From assembly GCA_001179505.1 (NCBI GenBank), contig CDMY01000831.1, positions 186,001 through 250,000 of the forward strand: a stretch of DNA of 64,000 nucleotides, given 5' to 3'. The DNA is from Vitrella brassicaformis CCMP3155. Taxonomy: Eukaryota > Protista > Chromerida. Below are positions 1 to 11,766 of the stretch, one piece after another; positions within the stretch are counted from its first letter, which is position 1, and each line of letters begins with the position of its first letter. The position numbers and the translations under genes were made by a program. Below the pieces are notes generated by a model. That model ran no database searches and was not told where the DNA came from. It was given only the letters and a program-made list of their open reading frames with translations.

Positions 1-47
1 CAGAACACCGAAACTTCTCCTTCTCCCCTCCCTCCCTCCCTCCCTGT

Positions 48-347
48 NNNNNNNNNNNNNNNNNNNNNNNNNNNNNNNNNNNNNNNNNNNNNNNNNNNNN
101 NNNNNNNNNNNNNNNNNNNNNNNNNNNNNNNNNNNNNNNNNNNNNNNNNNNNNNNNNNNNNNNNNNNNNNNNNNNNNNNNNNNNNNNNNNNNNNNNNNNN
201 NNNNNNNNNNNNNNNNNNNNNNNNNNNNNNNNNNNNNNNNNNNNNNNNNNNNNNNNNNNNNNNNNNNNNNNNNNNNNNNNNNNNNNNNNNNNNNNNNNNN
301 NNNNNNNNNNNNNNNNNNNNNNNNNNNNNNNNNNNNNNNNNNNNNNN
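48..347. other. Assembly gap (300 N) flanked by (CCCT)n microsatellite
   Basis: Run of n from 48 to 347; cctccctccct on both sides. Confidence 0.99.
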
Positions 348-403
348 GTCCCTCCCTCCCTCCCTATGCGTTGGTGCACACTCGACACACTCAATTGCAA
401 TGC

Positions 404-1021
404 TTAAGAGGCGCAGAAGTAGGCGATGCATACCACGCTCACACTTACAACGCCCCAGAACGCCCACAGAGGATACACCAAAAAGCAGAGCAGAGCAGAC
501 ACAAAAGACACAATGAAAACCCCCGTGATGAATTTATCACGGTATAGTAGTATTTCTATAGGGTCTGTAGAAATGACTACTATGACAATACAGGCAAAGA
601 AGAGCCAAAACGCACCCTTCAGTACCAATGTCACCCACCAATCCACAGCCGCCCGCTGCTGCATTCTTTGTTCCCGTCGAGCAGTGGCCATGTCCGCCCG
701 GTATTCCTCTCTGGCCTTGTCGATCTGCATGTGCATCTCCTCAACAGCCACCTGCAGACGCCGCTCCTCCTCCTGGCCGGCCCGCTCTCGCTCGGTTGTG
801 CTCCACAGCAAGTCGATGGTGTCGCTCATCTTGCCCAGCCCCTCCTTGATGCGGGCCAGGCGCTCATGGGCAGCGCGAAGACTGCTGTAGTTGAGTGCAC
901 CAGCCAGCAGGCACATCACTAGCAGGCACAGCACGATGCCCAGGAGGGATCTGTCGCGGTTGGTGGTCTTGGCTCGTGCCTTGATGAGCTCATCAGACGC
1001 CTCCTCCAATGTCATTATCAT
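404..1021 (-). CDS. Hypothetical membrane protein: N-terminal hydrophobic helix, coiled coil, 3 C-terminal TM helices
   Basis: Intronless ORF MIMTLEEASDEL...LLGIVLCLLVMCLLAGAL...coiled coil (EEERRLQVAVEEMHMQIDKAREEY)...WWVTLVLKGAFWLFFACIVIVVIS...FIVSFVSALLCFLVYPLWAFWGVVSVSVVCIAYFCAS*. The start could be the upstream Met at 1078. Confidence 0.7.
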   Translation of the reverse strand: MIMTLEEASDELIKARAKTTNRDRSLLGIVLCLLVMCLLAGALNYSSLRAAHERLARIKEGLGKMSDTIDLLWSTTERERAGQEEERRLQVAVEEMHMQIDKAREEYRADMATARREQRMQQRAAVDWWVTLVLKGAFWLFFACIVIVVISTDPIEILLYRDKFITGVFIVSFVSALLCFLVYPLWAFWGVVSVSVVCIAYFCAS

Positions 1022-1346
1022 CGCCCTTCCAGCCAGCTGCAGGAGGGGAGATCTGCAGACAGGCAGAGAGGAATGCATTTGGTCGAAAGATTCTTTTCCA
1101 AGAGCTTTTGGTGGCTCTCGCCTGAGTAGTTTCTTTGCTTGTGCGTTCAGATCACAGCGCAGCTTTTTTAAGGCGATCGCGATCGCATTTGCGAGCTCTT
1201 ATCTGCGAGCTTGTCTTGTAGCCCTGTCTTATCCTTTTTGTCTTCCTTTCCAGGTACTCCTCAAAGCCAAGGCCGTCACTCACAACAACTCACAAGACAG
1301 ACAAGCTTCTAGGCCCTCGTCAGAGTCAATCACATCAATCGGTGAA

Positions 1347-1994
1347 ATGGTGCTCACCCTGGTGCTGGTGATGAGCTTGATGTGTTCGCCGGGGATTGCA
1401 ACACGCGAAGGCTTCGATGAGGAATCACCAGACGCCTGCCCGGCCATCAACTCCGGCTCTCTGGACGGCATCGTTGAGCGGCTGACTCGCGTGGACGACC
1501 ACCTGGGCGGCCTGGCGAGCACTTTGGAGCAGGAGCGGGCCAGCATGAAGCAGCAGCTGACCAGTGTCCGACATGAGCTCACACAGGACCTGCGCAAGGC
1601 GGGTCAAGAATTGGAGCGATTCCGGCGGCTCCAACGACACGCTTCACCATTCCAGAGTGACGAAATTGCTGTTCAGAGAGGGCTTGCAGGGCTGCTGTTT
1701 TGGTGCCTCTTCCCCTTTTTTGTCCTGTTTTCCTACTACTGCGACCTGTACTTCTCCTCGCCGAGCGGCAGTCACGGTCAAGGTCACCTCACGTATGTGG
1801 AGAACTCGCTGTGGTTCGTCGGGGTTGCCGCCCTCTGCGTTCCTCTGTCGTACGTGGCACACCCGCCCTGGCTCTTCCGGTGGACCCTGGCGGCCATGGC
1901 CATGTGTCTTCTGTACATCGTGACCTTCAAGCACGACATCCAGTGCAAGGCCTGCGCACACACGAGGGCGGCGCCAAATGCGAAGCAGTCCTAG
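1347..1994 (+). CDS. Hypothetical membrane protein: signal peptide, coiled coil, 3 C-terminal TM helices (divergent partner of 404-1021)
   Basis: ATG at 1347 begins MVLTLVLVMSLMCSPGIA (signal-like), followed by heptad-rich LASTLEQERASMKQQLTSVRHELTQDL and hydrophobic LAGLLFWCLFPFFVLFSYY, LWFVGVAALCVPLSYV and WLFRWTLAAMAMCLLYIV. Confidence 0.72.
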   Translation: MVLTLVLVMSLMCSPGIATREGFDEESPDACPAINSGSLDGIVERLTRVDDHLGGLASTLEQERASMKQQLTSVRHELTQDLRKAGQELERFRRLQRHASPFQSDEIAVQRGLAGLLFWCLFPFFVLFSYYCDLYFSSPSGSHGQGHLTYVENSLWFVGVAALCVPLSYVAHPPWLFRWTLAAMAMCLLYIVTFKHDIQCKACAHTRAAPNAKQS

Positions 1995-4134
1995 TGAGAA
2001 GAAGAAGACGCGTCGTACCGAGGGAGAGGGAGGAAGGGAGGGGATCAATGAGTGACGGGGGAAATAGCTTGTTGGTTTCTGGTGTCGATGGCTTGCTCGC
2101 TTCATGTGTTGTTGTCGGGGATTTGCTGCTCGGTGAGTGAGTCTGGTTTGTGGCAACAATCAGTGTTCGTTGATAGCTGTATCTGATGTGATGTGACGTG
2201 ACTGATCTTCGGCAGTTTTTAAGCCATTCATGTCGTTCCCTGTATTGTATTTATAGGTAGGTGCTGTCTGTCTGTGGTGTGTGCATGCAACGACGGTGTA
2301 CAGAACGCTCAGATTGCTCCAGTGCCCTCGAGCGAGTATTTACTGCTCTCTGCCTGGTGATGATACCTAGTTTACCAGACTTGATTGCCTCCTCATGGAT
2401 GAAAGCTAATGAAACCATCATGTATTTGATTCAGTTCACAAACCACAGGCACTTCCATCGTTTCATTCTTTGCACCCATCAGCTTAGTTTCCTTGATATG
2501 ACAAACGCTTTCATGGACACAGCATCTGCACTCAGGGGCCGGGACCTCGGTGTCCGTTAACGAACGAACGAACGAATGAACGAACGAACGAGCTACCCCG
2601 AGAAACTAAGAATATGTGACGACATTTGCTGTGTGTGTGTTTGCTTCAGGGCGAGGAATTTGCGCAAAAGACGGACAAGAGGAGTTTTGGTCTCTCCTCC
2701 TTGGTTCTCACTTTCTCTGCTTCCCACCTGGTGCTGCTGTCTCGCTGGCCGGGTTCAGTGCTCTTCCTCTCTCATAATGATTATCGTTCTGGCAACGGTG
2801 ACAACTTCACGGACGTGCCATGCATGTGTGAGAGTTTGTTCACTTGTGTGTGGTGGACGGTGTCACAAACGAGAGGCAGCGCATGTAGATCTCGTATAGA
2901 CAGACCGACCGTGAGAGAGACATGACTGCGCGAGACACATGTATTTCAGGGGGTGATGTTTTCCATGCGCATCAAACTCGTCCATGGACACTGTGGATCG
3001 TAACAGCTGCGCATGATGTCCCATAGCTGATCGCACACCCATTGTTAGTATTGCATGGCATGCATCAATGATCAATTCACCGGATGGATGACCTATTGCG
3101 AAAACAAACTCGACATGACATCGAGTACCTGCACCTGGGATGCACACACACACACGCACACACACACATCAGTCAGGTTAGCTGCTTGGTTGGCTGGGAC
3201 AAGAACACGGAAGGTCGGCTTCAGTCTCTGCTGACTGTTTTTTGTCGGTGTTGGTGGCATTCTGGCCATTTTGCCTGCGTCGACGTGCAAACTTGTGACT
3301 GACTGACTGGTGGATGCGTCGACGTGAAGATTGATGGGCACAAGGCCATTCATTCCATGCAGCATGAGGGCCGTCACCCACCACAGAGCTCAGAGAGCCA
3401 CACGTGAACGGACAAATAGATAAATGAGACCAACAAACAGAGCCACACGGCTGGTAGAAACAGCTGCGATATGGCATGAGATGAGATCTGCGACGAAACA
3501 AGACACTTCGGTAGGCCAATCATTGGCACATGATTGAGAGGAGGGGACAGAACAGCTACACACAGACAGGCACACTCAATCATGCCTCTAATCAATTAGG
3601 GGATAGACAGGCAGTGTACAGCGGAAGAAGTGCACAAGAATAGAGAGAGAGAGAGAGAGAGACGGATGGATAGATGGACGACCTATTTCAAAAACGAATT
3701 CGACATGACAACCGAACACCAGAAAGTCGATACCCCAGCCATGCACCCACCCCTCTGGCCATCCACCCATCAATTCACCAGATGGCTGACCTGGTGCGAA
3801 CACCTGCGACCCATAAAGCCACGAACCCACCCACGTATCCCTCTCTGCCTACGTCTCGGCCATCCACGCCACACGCACAGACACACACACACCAGGCAGG
3901 ACACACACACTACATCGCAGCAGTCGTACGTGGATATCAACACCTGGAAAGAGGGGAGATCCACGCGCACACATGGGCAGTATGCACATAGACAAACAGA
4001 TGCTCAGCAGACAGGGCGACTCTTTCATGAGAGCAAATGCACAACCATGACCCATGCAGCCCCTCGTTGCCAACGACAAATTCTCGAGATGACATAAAAT
4101 CGTGCACCTGTCTGTCCGCCACGCGCCTTCCACT

Positions 4135-7100
4135 CTAAATAGTGGGCCCCGACTGTCTGTAGTCGATGTCGCTTCTACAGATGGGGCACTGCGTGTTGCC
4201 CCGCCACGGCGCATACCTCTTGTGCCAGCAGGTGACATACAAACATCGGTGGCGGCAGGTGGACGGCGCCTTGCCGATGAGCACCACCGTCCGCTGCTCG
4301 GCCTGGCACACCGCACACAACTCGTCCTCCTCCCTGTCGTCGATGCGCCGCTGCAGCTGCCGATTCTCCTCTTGGTGCGCCCGAAGCATGAGCCCGTCGA
4401 GCTGCTGAATGCGGCCCATGACGCGGGCGAGGAAGGCCGTCGCCTCGGCCACCGTGTGGATGGACGAGAGGCAAGCCATTGAAGGCCTGCACAGAGAGAC
4501 AGACAGTGGACAGACAAACAGATAGACAGCCGATGTGTGTGTGTGTGTGATCGCACCTTTCCCGACTGTCCATCTTGATGGCATCGACACGCGACTGGAG
4601 CTTCCCCACGTCATGCGAGAGGCACCTCAGCCGACGATCCAGCTCACCGCTGCCCAGCTGCTGCTCGACCCTGAATGCCACACACAGACGGAGTCACACG
4701 CATGGCGGTGTGGGAATCCCCGCTGTCTCTTTGCTCACTCTGAGATGCGCTGCGTGAGTTGCGCAAGCTGTTCGTCGAGCCCCAAACCACCAATGCCATC
4801 ATCTACACCAGCACCAGACGAGCTGCCCCCCTCCGGCGGCCCACAGGGGCCACCCGCATCGGCCGAGGAAGACCCTGATGCCGCTGCTGCCCCCTCAGTG
4901 GCGGTGTCCTGCTCCCTCTCTCTGTGGCGCCACATGTGGCGCTTCCACTGCTGTCGATCCGCTGCTGAGCTGTTGGATCTTGGCGAGTGCGGCGTCGTAG
5001 ATGGGCTGCAGGGCGGCCTTCTCGGCCTCGGCCTCAGCGGAAAACTGCCGGATGCAACGCCGCCCGCACGAACCACCTCATGCAACTCGTCAACAGACCT
5101 AACACACATAACACACACGACACGAGGTGCATCAAGGTCCCCGCCCTCTGTGTGTGTGCGGTTGGTCTCACTTTGGTGCGTTGCGCATGGCGACTTCCTT
5201 CTCGTGTATCAATTTGGCCTTTCGCTGCTCCAGCGAGGCGATGGCCGCCAACTTGCCGTCCAACTCGTGACGCAGCCTGCACACCCATCCCAAGACACAC
5301 ACGTGCTGACTGCAGTGAGAGTGCCGCCCATTCATCGCTTTTCCGGCTCACTCCTGCAGTCTATCGACAGCCTGCTGCTTCTGCTCTAAGGCCATGGCGC
5401 GTGCAGGATCGACGCTGTGGGCATCATCGGCAGCCGCGGCCGCTTCCCGCCTTTGCCGCTCCGTCGGGTCGTGGCTGTGATGTCCACCGCCCTGCCCCGA
5501 GCCCCACTCAGACCAAGCAGCCTCCATGCCCCTCACCCAGTCAGAGTCATCAGAAGGACTGCTGGGCGGTGACGACAAGGTCACGGCGGTGGTGCCGCTG
5601 CTCAACTCGCCCACACGAGAGCATCCATCAGCGGCAGCCGTTGCTGCGCCTCCGCTCTCCGTCGACAACGACGAGTGCTGCTTGAGGGGTGGGGTCACCA
5701 GAGGGGGGGCGGCGGGGCGAGGGGGGCGATGCTGCTGGCGATAAGCCATCCCACCAGTCACAGCAGGGCCACGTGTGCCGTCAGATGTGCCGCCGGCGGT
5801 GCTTGGCAGCGGCTGTGATGACACCGTCTCCCCAGATGGACTCGCAAACACAGAGGAGATCGCTTGTCCAGCCTGCTGTCGCGAGGGCGCATCAGCTGAG
5901 CCCGACCCGGCCCTTCTGCCCTTCTTCTTTCGGCGTCTCGCTGTCTGAGTCCACTGGCCGCCATCGTCTGCCATCGCCTCCTCCCGCTGCTGCTGATGAT
6001 GGTCGACTGAGATGCCAAATCCACCGCCAGGCATGATGGTGTCGTTGCTGCTGCTGGGTGTGACAGGGGGAGCGGCACTCTCCTCCGTGGCTGCGTCAGA
6101 TGCTGATGCTGCCGGGGTTGGTTGATCAGCTACCGTGTCTTTGGTATTCTTCCCCGGCCGCTGTCCTGCCCCATCAGCAGTCAATGCGTTGTCCTCTGGC
6201 TGATGACGGTGCGGCCGGCACTTCTTGGCTGTCGTCTTGGCTTCTTCCTGAGCAATCAGCAAGGCCATGTTCTGGTCGGCCCGCCGCTCGTCCTGGAGCC
6301 ACTGCCGATGCTGCCGCGATGGATGGATGACAAAGCACCAAAGTACTGACAGGCCGAGAGCAACAAGGATTCCAGCTCCAACCCACGGCGCCCACGGAGA
6401 GGACAGCTGCAAGCAAAAGAGAAGGAGAGAAAAGAGAGGCAGTGAGGACGCCTTGACGGTGTCCTTGGATCCTGCGTACCATTTCTCCGGTTGTCGGCAG
6501 CCGATGAAGGCCCGTCGCGTGGATGGGCAGCCTGGCAAGGAGCTCCTTGGCTGCTCCACTGATATTTTCATCCGAGCTCCCGGTGAGGCCCTCAAACGAC
6601 TGCTGACATCCCGCCTGCAGTCACCAAAACAGATGATGTGCGCCACGCAAGTGACTCAGTGAGTGCACCCTGCACCCCACCGTGCTGGCGATGGTGTTCG
6701 CGACTCGCTGGCCCAAGACGACGCTGTCCCTGACCAATCAATAGACTACCGACAAATGACAACAACACATGCACCAATGACGTTCGTTGCGTACCGGAGT
6801 ATCTCTTCGAAGGCCAGGACCATGTTGAGCAATTTGCCGAGCGTTATCTTGTTTGACATTTCCGTGTCCGTCGTAAGCTTCCCATTGAGGGGCACGAAAT
6901 GAGTCCCATTGAGGGGCACGAAATGGGGACTCGAGAAGGACTCACATGCCCTCTCGACACACCCGTTGTCGATGGCATACCTTCGCTGCACAAACAAAAT
7001 GCACACAGAAACAGGTGTCTGATTTGTCTGATTCCCTCCTTCAGCACACCTGCAATCCATCTCCTTTGTGAAGCAGCAGCGAACACGTGAAAAAGATCAA

Positions 7101-8216
7101 GTCTGAGCTGTCCTCGGCTTCCCGACGGCGGGTTACAGCGCTGAGGGCGTTCGGCAGCAGACCAGCATCGACTATGCTCACAAGAGTGAGACGAGATCCT
7201 CTGCTCCGCGACACGGGGCCTGATGGAAATGTAAACACAAACAGGAGTAAGTCGACGGAATTGTCCTCGCTATCCACTCTCACCTGCACATATGGTTGCC
7301 ATCACCAACATGCTCAGCAACTCCGCGGCCTTGGCCCAAATCACGTCGTCCCATGACAAGAGAAAGAGTGACAGCTTTTCCACCACCCCATGCTCGATAA
7401 GCGCATCAGCAATGCCCGGCAGCATCACAATACACTCACCTGGTCCAGTCTGTCCGATGCTCGACCACATCATTGGGATGGTGCCGAGCATCGATATTGC
7501 GGCCCTCGTGACAGACGGATGGGTGTTGCCCAGCAGCTGCAGCAGGGGCACAATGGCTGCACTGGTCACTACGTCATCCACCCACGGCAGGTGGCCGAGG
7601 ACGGCCGTCAAGGGACCCACAATGTCCTCCATGTCACTGCCTGGCAGCTCCAAAGTGCGGCTGAGGGTCTCGTTAAGCGACGAAAGAGCACCACATCTGA
7701 ACAGATAGACAGACAGACAGACAGCCACACAGGTGGGTCTGTTCATCTGGCCGTTCGGCCCCGCACTCACCGGGCGAGGGCATCAGCAGCCTCAGTGCCG
7801 CTCTCTGCTATCCGCTGCAAGAGAGTCAAAGCCTCGACTTGCACTGAATGGTGGTCACAGTCGGCGGCGACGGCAAGGACGGCCGTCCCATACCGAACAG
7901 CAACTTTTGCAGCGACATCACCCGGCTGTGTGCTGTCTGCAATGTCCTCTCTGATGGCCCGCAAGACGCTGATCTGCAGGGCAGTGTCGTTGCTCTCCAG
8001 CTGCAATGCCAGGGGACTGGGCGCTGCCTCTTCCACGCCTATGTCGTCATCAAGGACACCCACAGCCTTCTCAAAATCACCACTTTCGTCAGCAAATGAG
8101 GGGTCCACATCGTCCCTGTTGTCAAAGTCACCCAGAGGCTCCTCAAACTCACCGTTGTGACTCCTGATGGCTGGCGGCAGGCAAGCGAGCGTGACGACGA
8201 GCACAGCCGCCAACAT
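4135..8216 (-). CDS. ARM-TM-RING receptor-like E3 ligase, copy 1 (signal peptide, importin-alpha-like ARM ectodomain, TM, coiled coil, C3HC4-type RING with Cys>Tyr change)
   Basis: Hand-spliced in frame: MLAAVLVVTLACLPPAIRS...LESNDTALQISVLRAIRE...QVEALTLLQRIAESGTEAADALAR | CGALSSLNETLSRTLELP...EHGVVEKLSLFLLS | SIVDAGLLPNAL | RYAIDNGCVERACE | AGCQQSFEGLTGSSDENISGATKELL...GEM | (phase-0 intron 6407-6479) LSSPWAPWVGAGILVALGLSVLWCFVI...QQAVDRLQE | LRHELDGKLAAIASLEQRK | ... | CAVC...CRHRCLYVTC...CPICRSDIDYRQSGPTI*. Confidence 0.85.
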
Positions 8217-8434
8217 CAGGCGGGCAGGACTTCCGTTTTTATTTCTGATGACGTTTGTCGCTTTATTTCATCACCGTGACGTCCCCGCACGCGAGCGAAC
8301 GTGCCGGTATCAATCGCAGCTCCCGTCCTCCGATGTCAAACAACGACATGTTTATAAACGGAGGGATGGATGGATGGATGGCCGGAGTGCGATTCATCTA
8401 CAGTGAGGAAGTCACAGAGAGGACAGCATTGCCC

Positions 8435-10014
8435 TCAGAAGGACCGTGCGATGCGAACGAACTGCTCAAAAAACACAAAAATCTGAACACACACGCACAC
8501 ACACGCAACGACGTCACTGCCTGGGTGGCCGTGATGCGGCTGCTTCGTCCTCCTCACCGCCACGTTGAATGTGCCCAGCCGTGCAAAGTTGACCCAGAAG
8601 CCCCGATAGAACGCCATGGGGCCCTCACCAAGAGTCTTGACCACACAGTCAATCGGACCTGCTTGTTACGCGGAGATAGAAAACAATCGACGCTGCCTCG
8701 TTCGATCGCCTGCGATGGATGGGGGCTCGCCTACCCTTGTAGTCGCCCGGTTTGGCGTTCATGATTCGTGTCTTGAGCACATCCACGGGCGACCCCACAA
8801 TCGTCGTCACAAAACCAGCACCCTGCCAAGAAGCCAAGCAGAGAGGGAATGGGACAACACACAACACATTGATGGACTCCGTCCACACGTGGTGTTGTTT
8901 GCACGGCGCGGCGGTTGGCTGACCAGAGCAGCGGTGAAGTGCAGGGGGAGGCCATCCTGTCATGTCAGTGGAGGAGCACCACGGAAGGTGAGGACACAGA
9001 TCGGCCAATGTGTTCTTTGTGTGCCCTGTCTGACCTTCATGAGCTTCCTCTTGAGCAGCTCGATTTTGATGGTGTCGTACGCAGCCAGCTCAGACGAACA
9101 TATGATGGAGTTGCGGACGATGTTTGGACCCTGTGGACGAGATATGCACACAACACACACAATCCATTTTCTCGCCCGATAAGGATCGGTGCATCCGTGC
9201 CTACCACTCCCGTCCATAGCTTGAAGAAGCCCTCATCGACCACTATCCGCCGATACGCATCGATGCTGCCCGTGTACCTGAACACGTCAACACACACTCT
9301 CACTCGAGCATCATCCAGCCATCACCAGTCGCCTCTCATTGTCACCTCGGTGGTGCGCCAGGCGGCCTCCGTGCGTCAGCCTGCAGCCTTATCTTGACGA
9401 GGTCAGTGGGGTTGGCCACCAGCATACCGATGGCGCCACTCGTCAGGCCGGCAAGGATGCGCTGCATCAGAGTGGGCGGACCTGACTGGCCGCCGCAATA
9501 CAGATCACGGATCTGACAAGGGAGCAGAGAAACATACGAGTGACCTCACAGAGAGATGGCTGGCTGTGCGCTGCTCTCTTACAGGGGCGTACAAGCTCAT
9601 TCTCAAAGTGGCAAAAACCAGCTGCCGCTGCACACCCGCACTCAGACCCTTCCACGGCGCGAACACACCCTCACGCTTGACGAGACTCTGGAGCGTCGGG
9701 AAGACGCCCACACTCTCGCCCTTGGTAATCTGCACCACACCACACAAACCACACGAGGGCAAAACTGCTGCAGTGCAGTGATGTCACTGCAGTCATCGCG
9801 TGGCTGAAAGGTGACCTGCATGGCGACTTTGATGGTGTCCATCGGCAGCGTCACCAACTCTGAATCAACAGCACAGCACAGCACACATGCACACATACGC
9901 ACGCACAGATCAGCCGAACAGCAGACGCACTTCATCCCTCTCGCACTCACCGGCAGACGCGCCAGCGGCACCGGAGCACATAGCTGACTTCATGAAACTG
10001 ATGTCCGAATTCAT
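8435..10014 (-). CDS. UCP: Mitochondrial carrier (SLC25), uncoupling-protein-like
   Basis: Three carrier signature motifs across exons (LPMDTIKVAMQ, NPTDLVKIRLQ, SPVDVLKTRIMN) plus UCP-like GVQRQLVFATLRMSLYAPV, GPNIVRNSIICSSELAAYDTIK, FYRGFWVNFARLGTFNV and IFVFFEQF. ATG at 10014, TGA at 8435-8437. Confidence 0.9.
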
Positions 10015-10446
10015 GGCGACAAGCGGCACGCCACTGCACTGCTGGGTCACCTTGCACAGATGCGACCCTCACCAACAGCCGAAATGAGCCAACACAGCAA
10101 CCACACCCCGACGAAGAGATCTGCTGAGCAAGATCAACTCAAAACCGACGTGATCTGCCCCTCCGCCCTCAGCGCAGCCCGTACCCTCCCTCCAACCGAA
10201 GGGAGCGGAGCGCAACTATGCTAGGGTGCTTCCTGTGAAACCGCTGTCCCCGGCGATCGAATTGGCTTCTCGCGCATTCCGTTCGCAGAGATCCCCCGCA
10301 CTCATCTACCCTTGTAGCCTTCGCTGCGTTTCCATCGCGTTTTGGCGCCTTCCGCCGCCACTGAAGGAATCGGTCCTCAGGCAGCGGCGTGTTGGCACCT
10401 GGAGCGTCCTGCTTTGTCCATCGTGAGTGGATCAGGAAGCCAACCG

Positions 10447-11389
10447 ATGAGTGAAGAAGCAGTCACGCACAAGAAGAAGGCCAAACCACAACGGCTGACG
10501 GACTCTGCTGAACCACCGACCAAGAAGCAGAAGAGGACGCCGCCTCCCGAAGCTCATGACAACGAGCCAGCACCAGCCAAGCGGAAGAAGCTTTCACTGG
10601 CGGCGAGAGATGGCCATGCACCAGCTGGGAGGGCAGCACCGGTCGGGGTGCCTTTAAGGAAGAGGCGTAGAGCTGCTGGCGCTGATGGTGGAGGTGGTGA
10701 TCTCCCCCGCCCTCGTCCGCGTGTGGGTGTGTGGGGCGTCGACGAGATCGAGGACCGCATGGCCGCCATTCGCAAGCAGCTGGAGAAGGCAGAGGACATG
10801 ACCAAGAGCAAGCGAACGAGGCTCTACCACAGGTGCACCGATCAATCACACCAACAGCTGAACCCACACACATGCTGTGTGCGTCGGTCAGGCTGGGCAA
10901 ACTGAAGACAGCCAAAGGGGGGCATGGTGTTGTCGGCGGCGATGTGGCCTCGCCTGACCCCGAGAAGAGGGCAGCGAAGCTCCTATTCCGGAAGACGAAG
11001 CGGCTGGAGAGAAGGAAGACTCTCGAGGTCAGCAAAGGGGCGGGTGGGGCGAAGGGGAGGGGGAGGGCGGTGGGCAAGGCGGACAACAGTAGGGGAGCCA
11101 TCGGCAAAAGCGGCGAGAAGGTCTGCTTCAGATGTAAGTGTCGTGTATCCATCCAGCGGGCGTGTATCCCACCTTGTATGTATGCGCATGTGTTTGTGTG
11201 TCTTCAGGTCGGCAGAGCGGCCATCGGCTGCAGGACTGCCCTCTGTTAAAGGCTGGCGAGGCCTCGACTGACGCTAAGAAGGCCACCCCATCGTCATGGT
11301 CATCTGGTGGGTCATTAAAGGGATCGATGTGCTTCAACTGCGGGGCGACAGACCACACACTCAAGGCGTGCACAGAACCAAGACCCACG

Positions 11390-11420
<31 letters not shown>

Positions 11421-11766
11421 GGGTGCATCTGCCTGTCTTGGTACGAACACCATGCCGGTTGGTGTGTGTTTCTCCACTCAGGATGGTTCCCTGCCGTATG
11501 CCGAGTGCTTCATCTGCGGCAGCAAAGGACACCTCGCGTCGTCTTGCTCGCAGAACCTCATGGGTAGGTAGGAGGGCGGGCGGGGGACGACACACACACA
11601 CACACACACACGCACACCCGTGGCTGCCCGTGTGTGCCATTCAGGCGTCTACCCGAGGGGCGGCGGGTGCCATCTGTGCGGCTCCATCTATCACCTGCAG
11701 AAGGACTGTCCGCAGAAGGCAGCCACAGCGGGCAACAGACGGAGGGCGGCAAAGGGCGGTTTCTAG
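10447..11766 (+). CDS. Basic protein with four CCHC zinc knuckles (ZCCHC9-like)
   Basis: Lys/Arg-rich N-terminus, then spliced knuckles CFRCRQSGHRLQDC, CFNCGATDHTLKAC, CFICGSKGHLASSC and (YPRGGG)CHLCGSIYHLQKDC; TAG at 11764-11766. Confidence 0.85.

Noticed and set aside
5348-6646. ORF-track N-terminus MAHIICFGDCRRDVSS...FIGCRQPEKW as the real protein (likewise the upstream parts of ORFs 30389 and 44349)
   Set aside because: It is intron plus the wrong frame. The frame conserved across copies is AGCQQSFEGL...TGLHRLP, bounded by cag| and |gtacgc splice sites.
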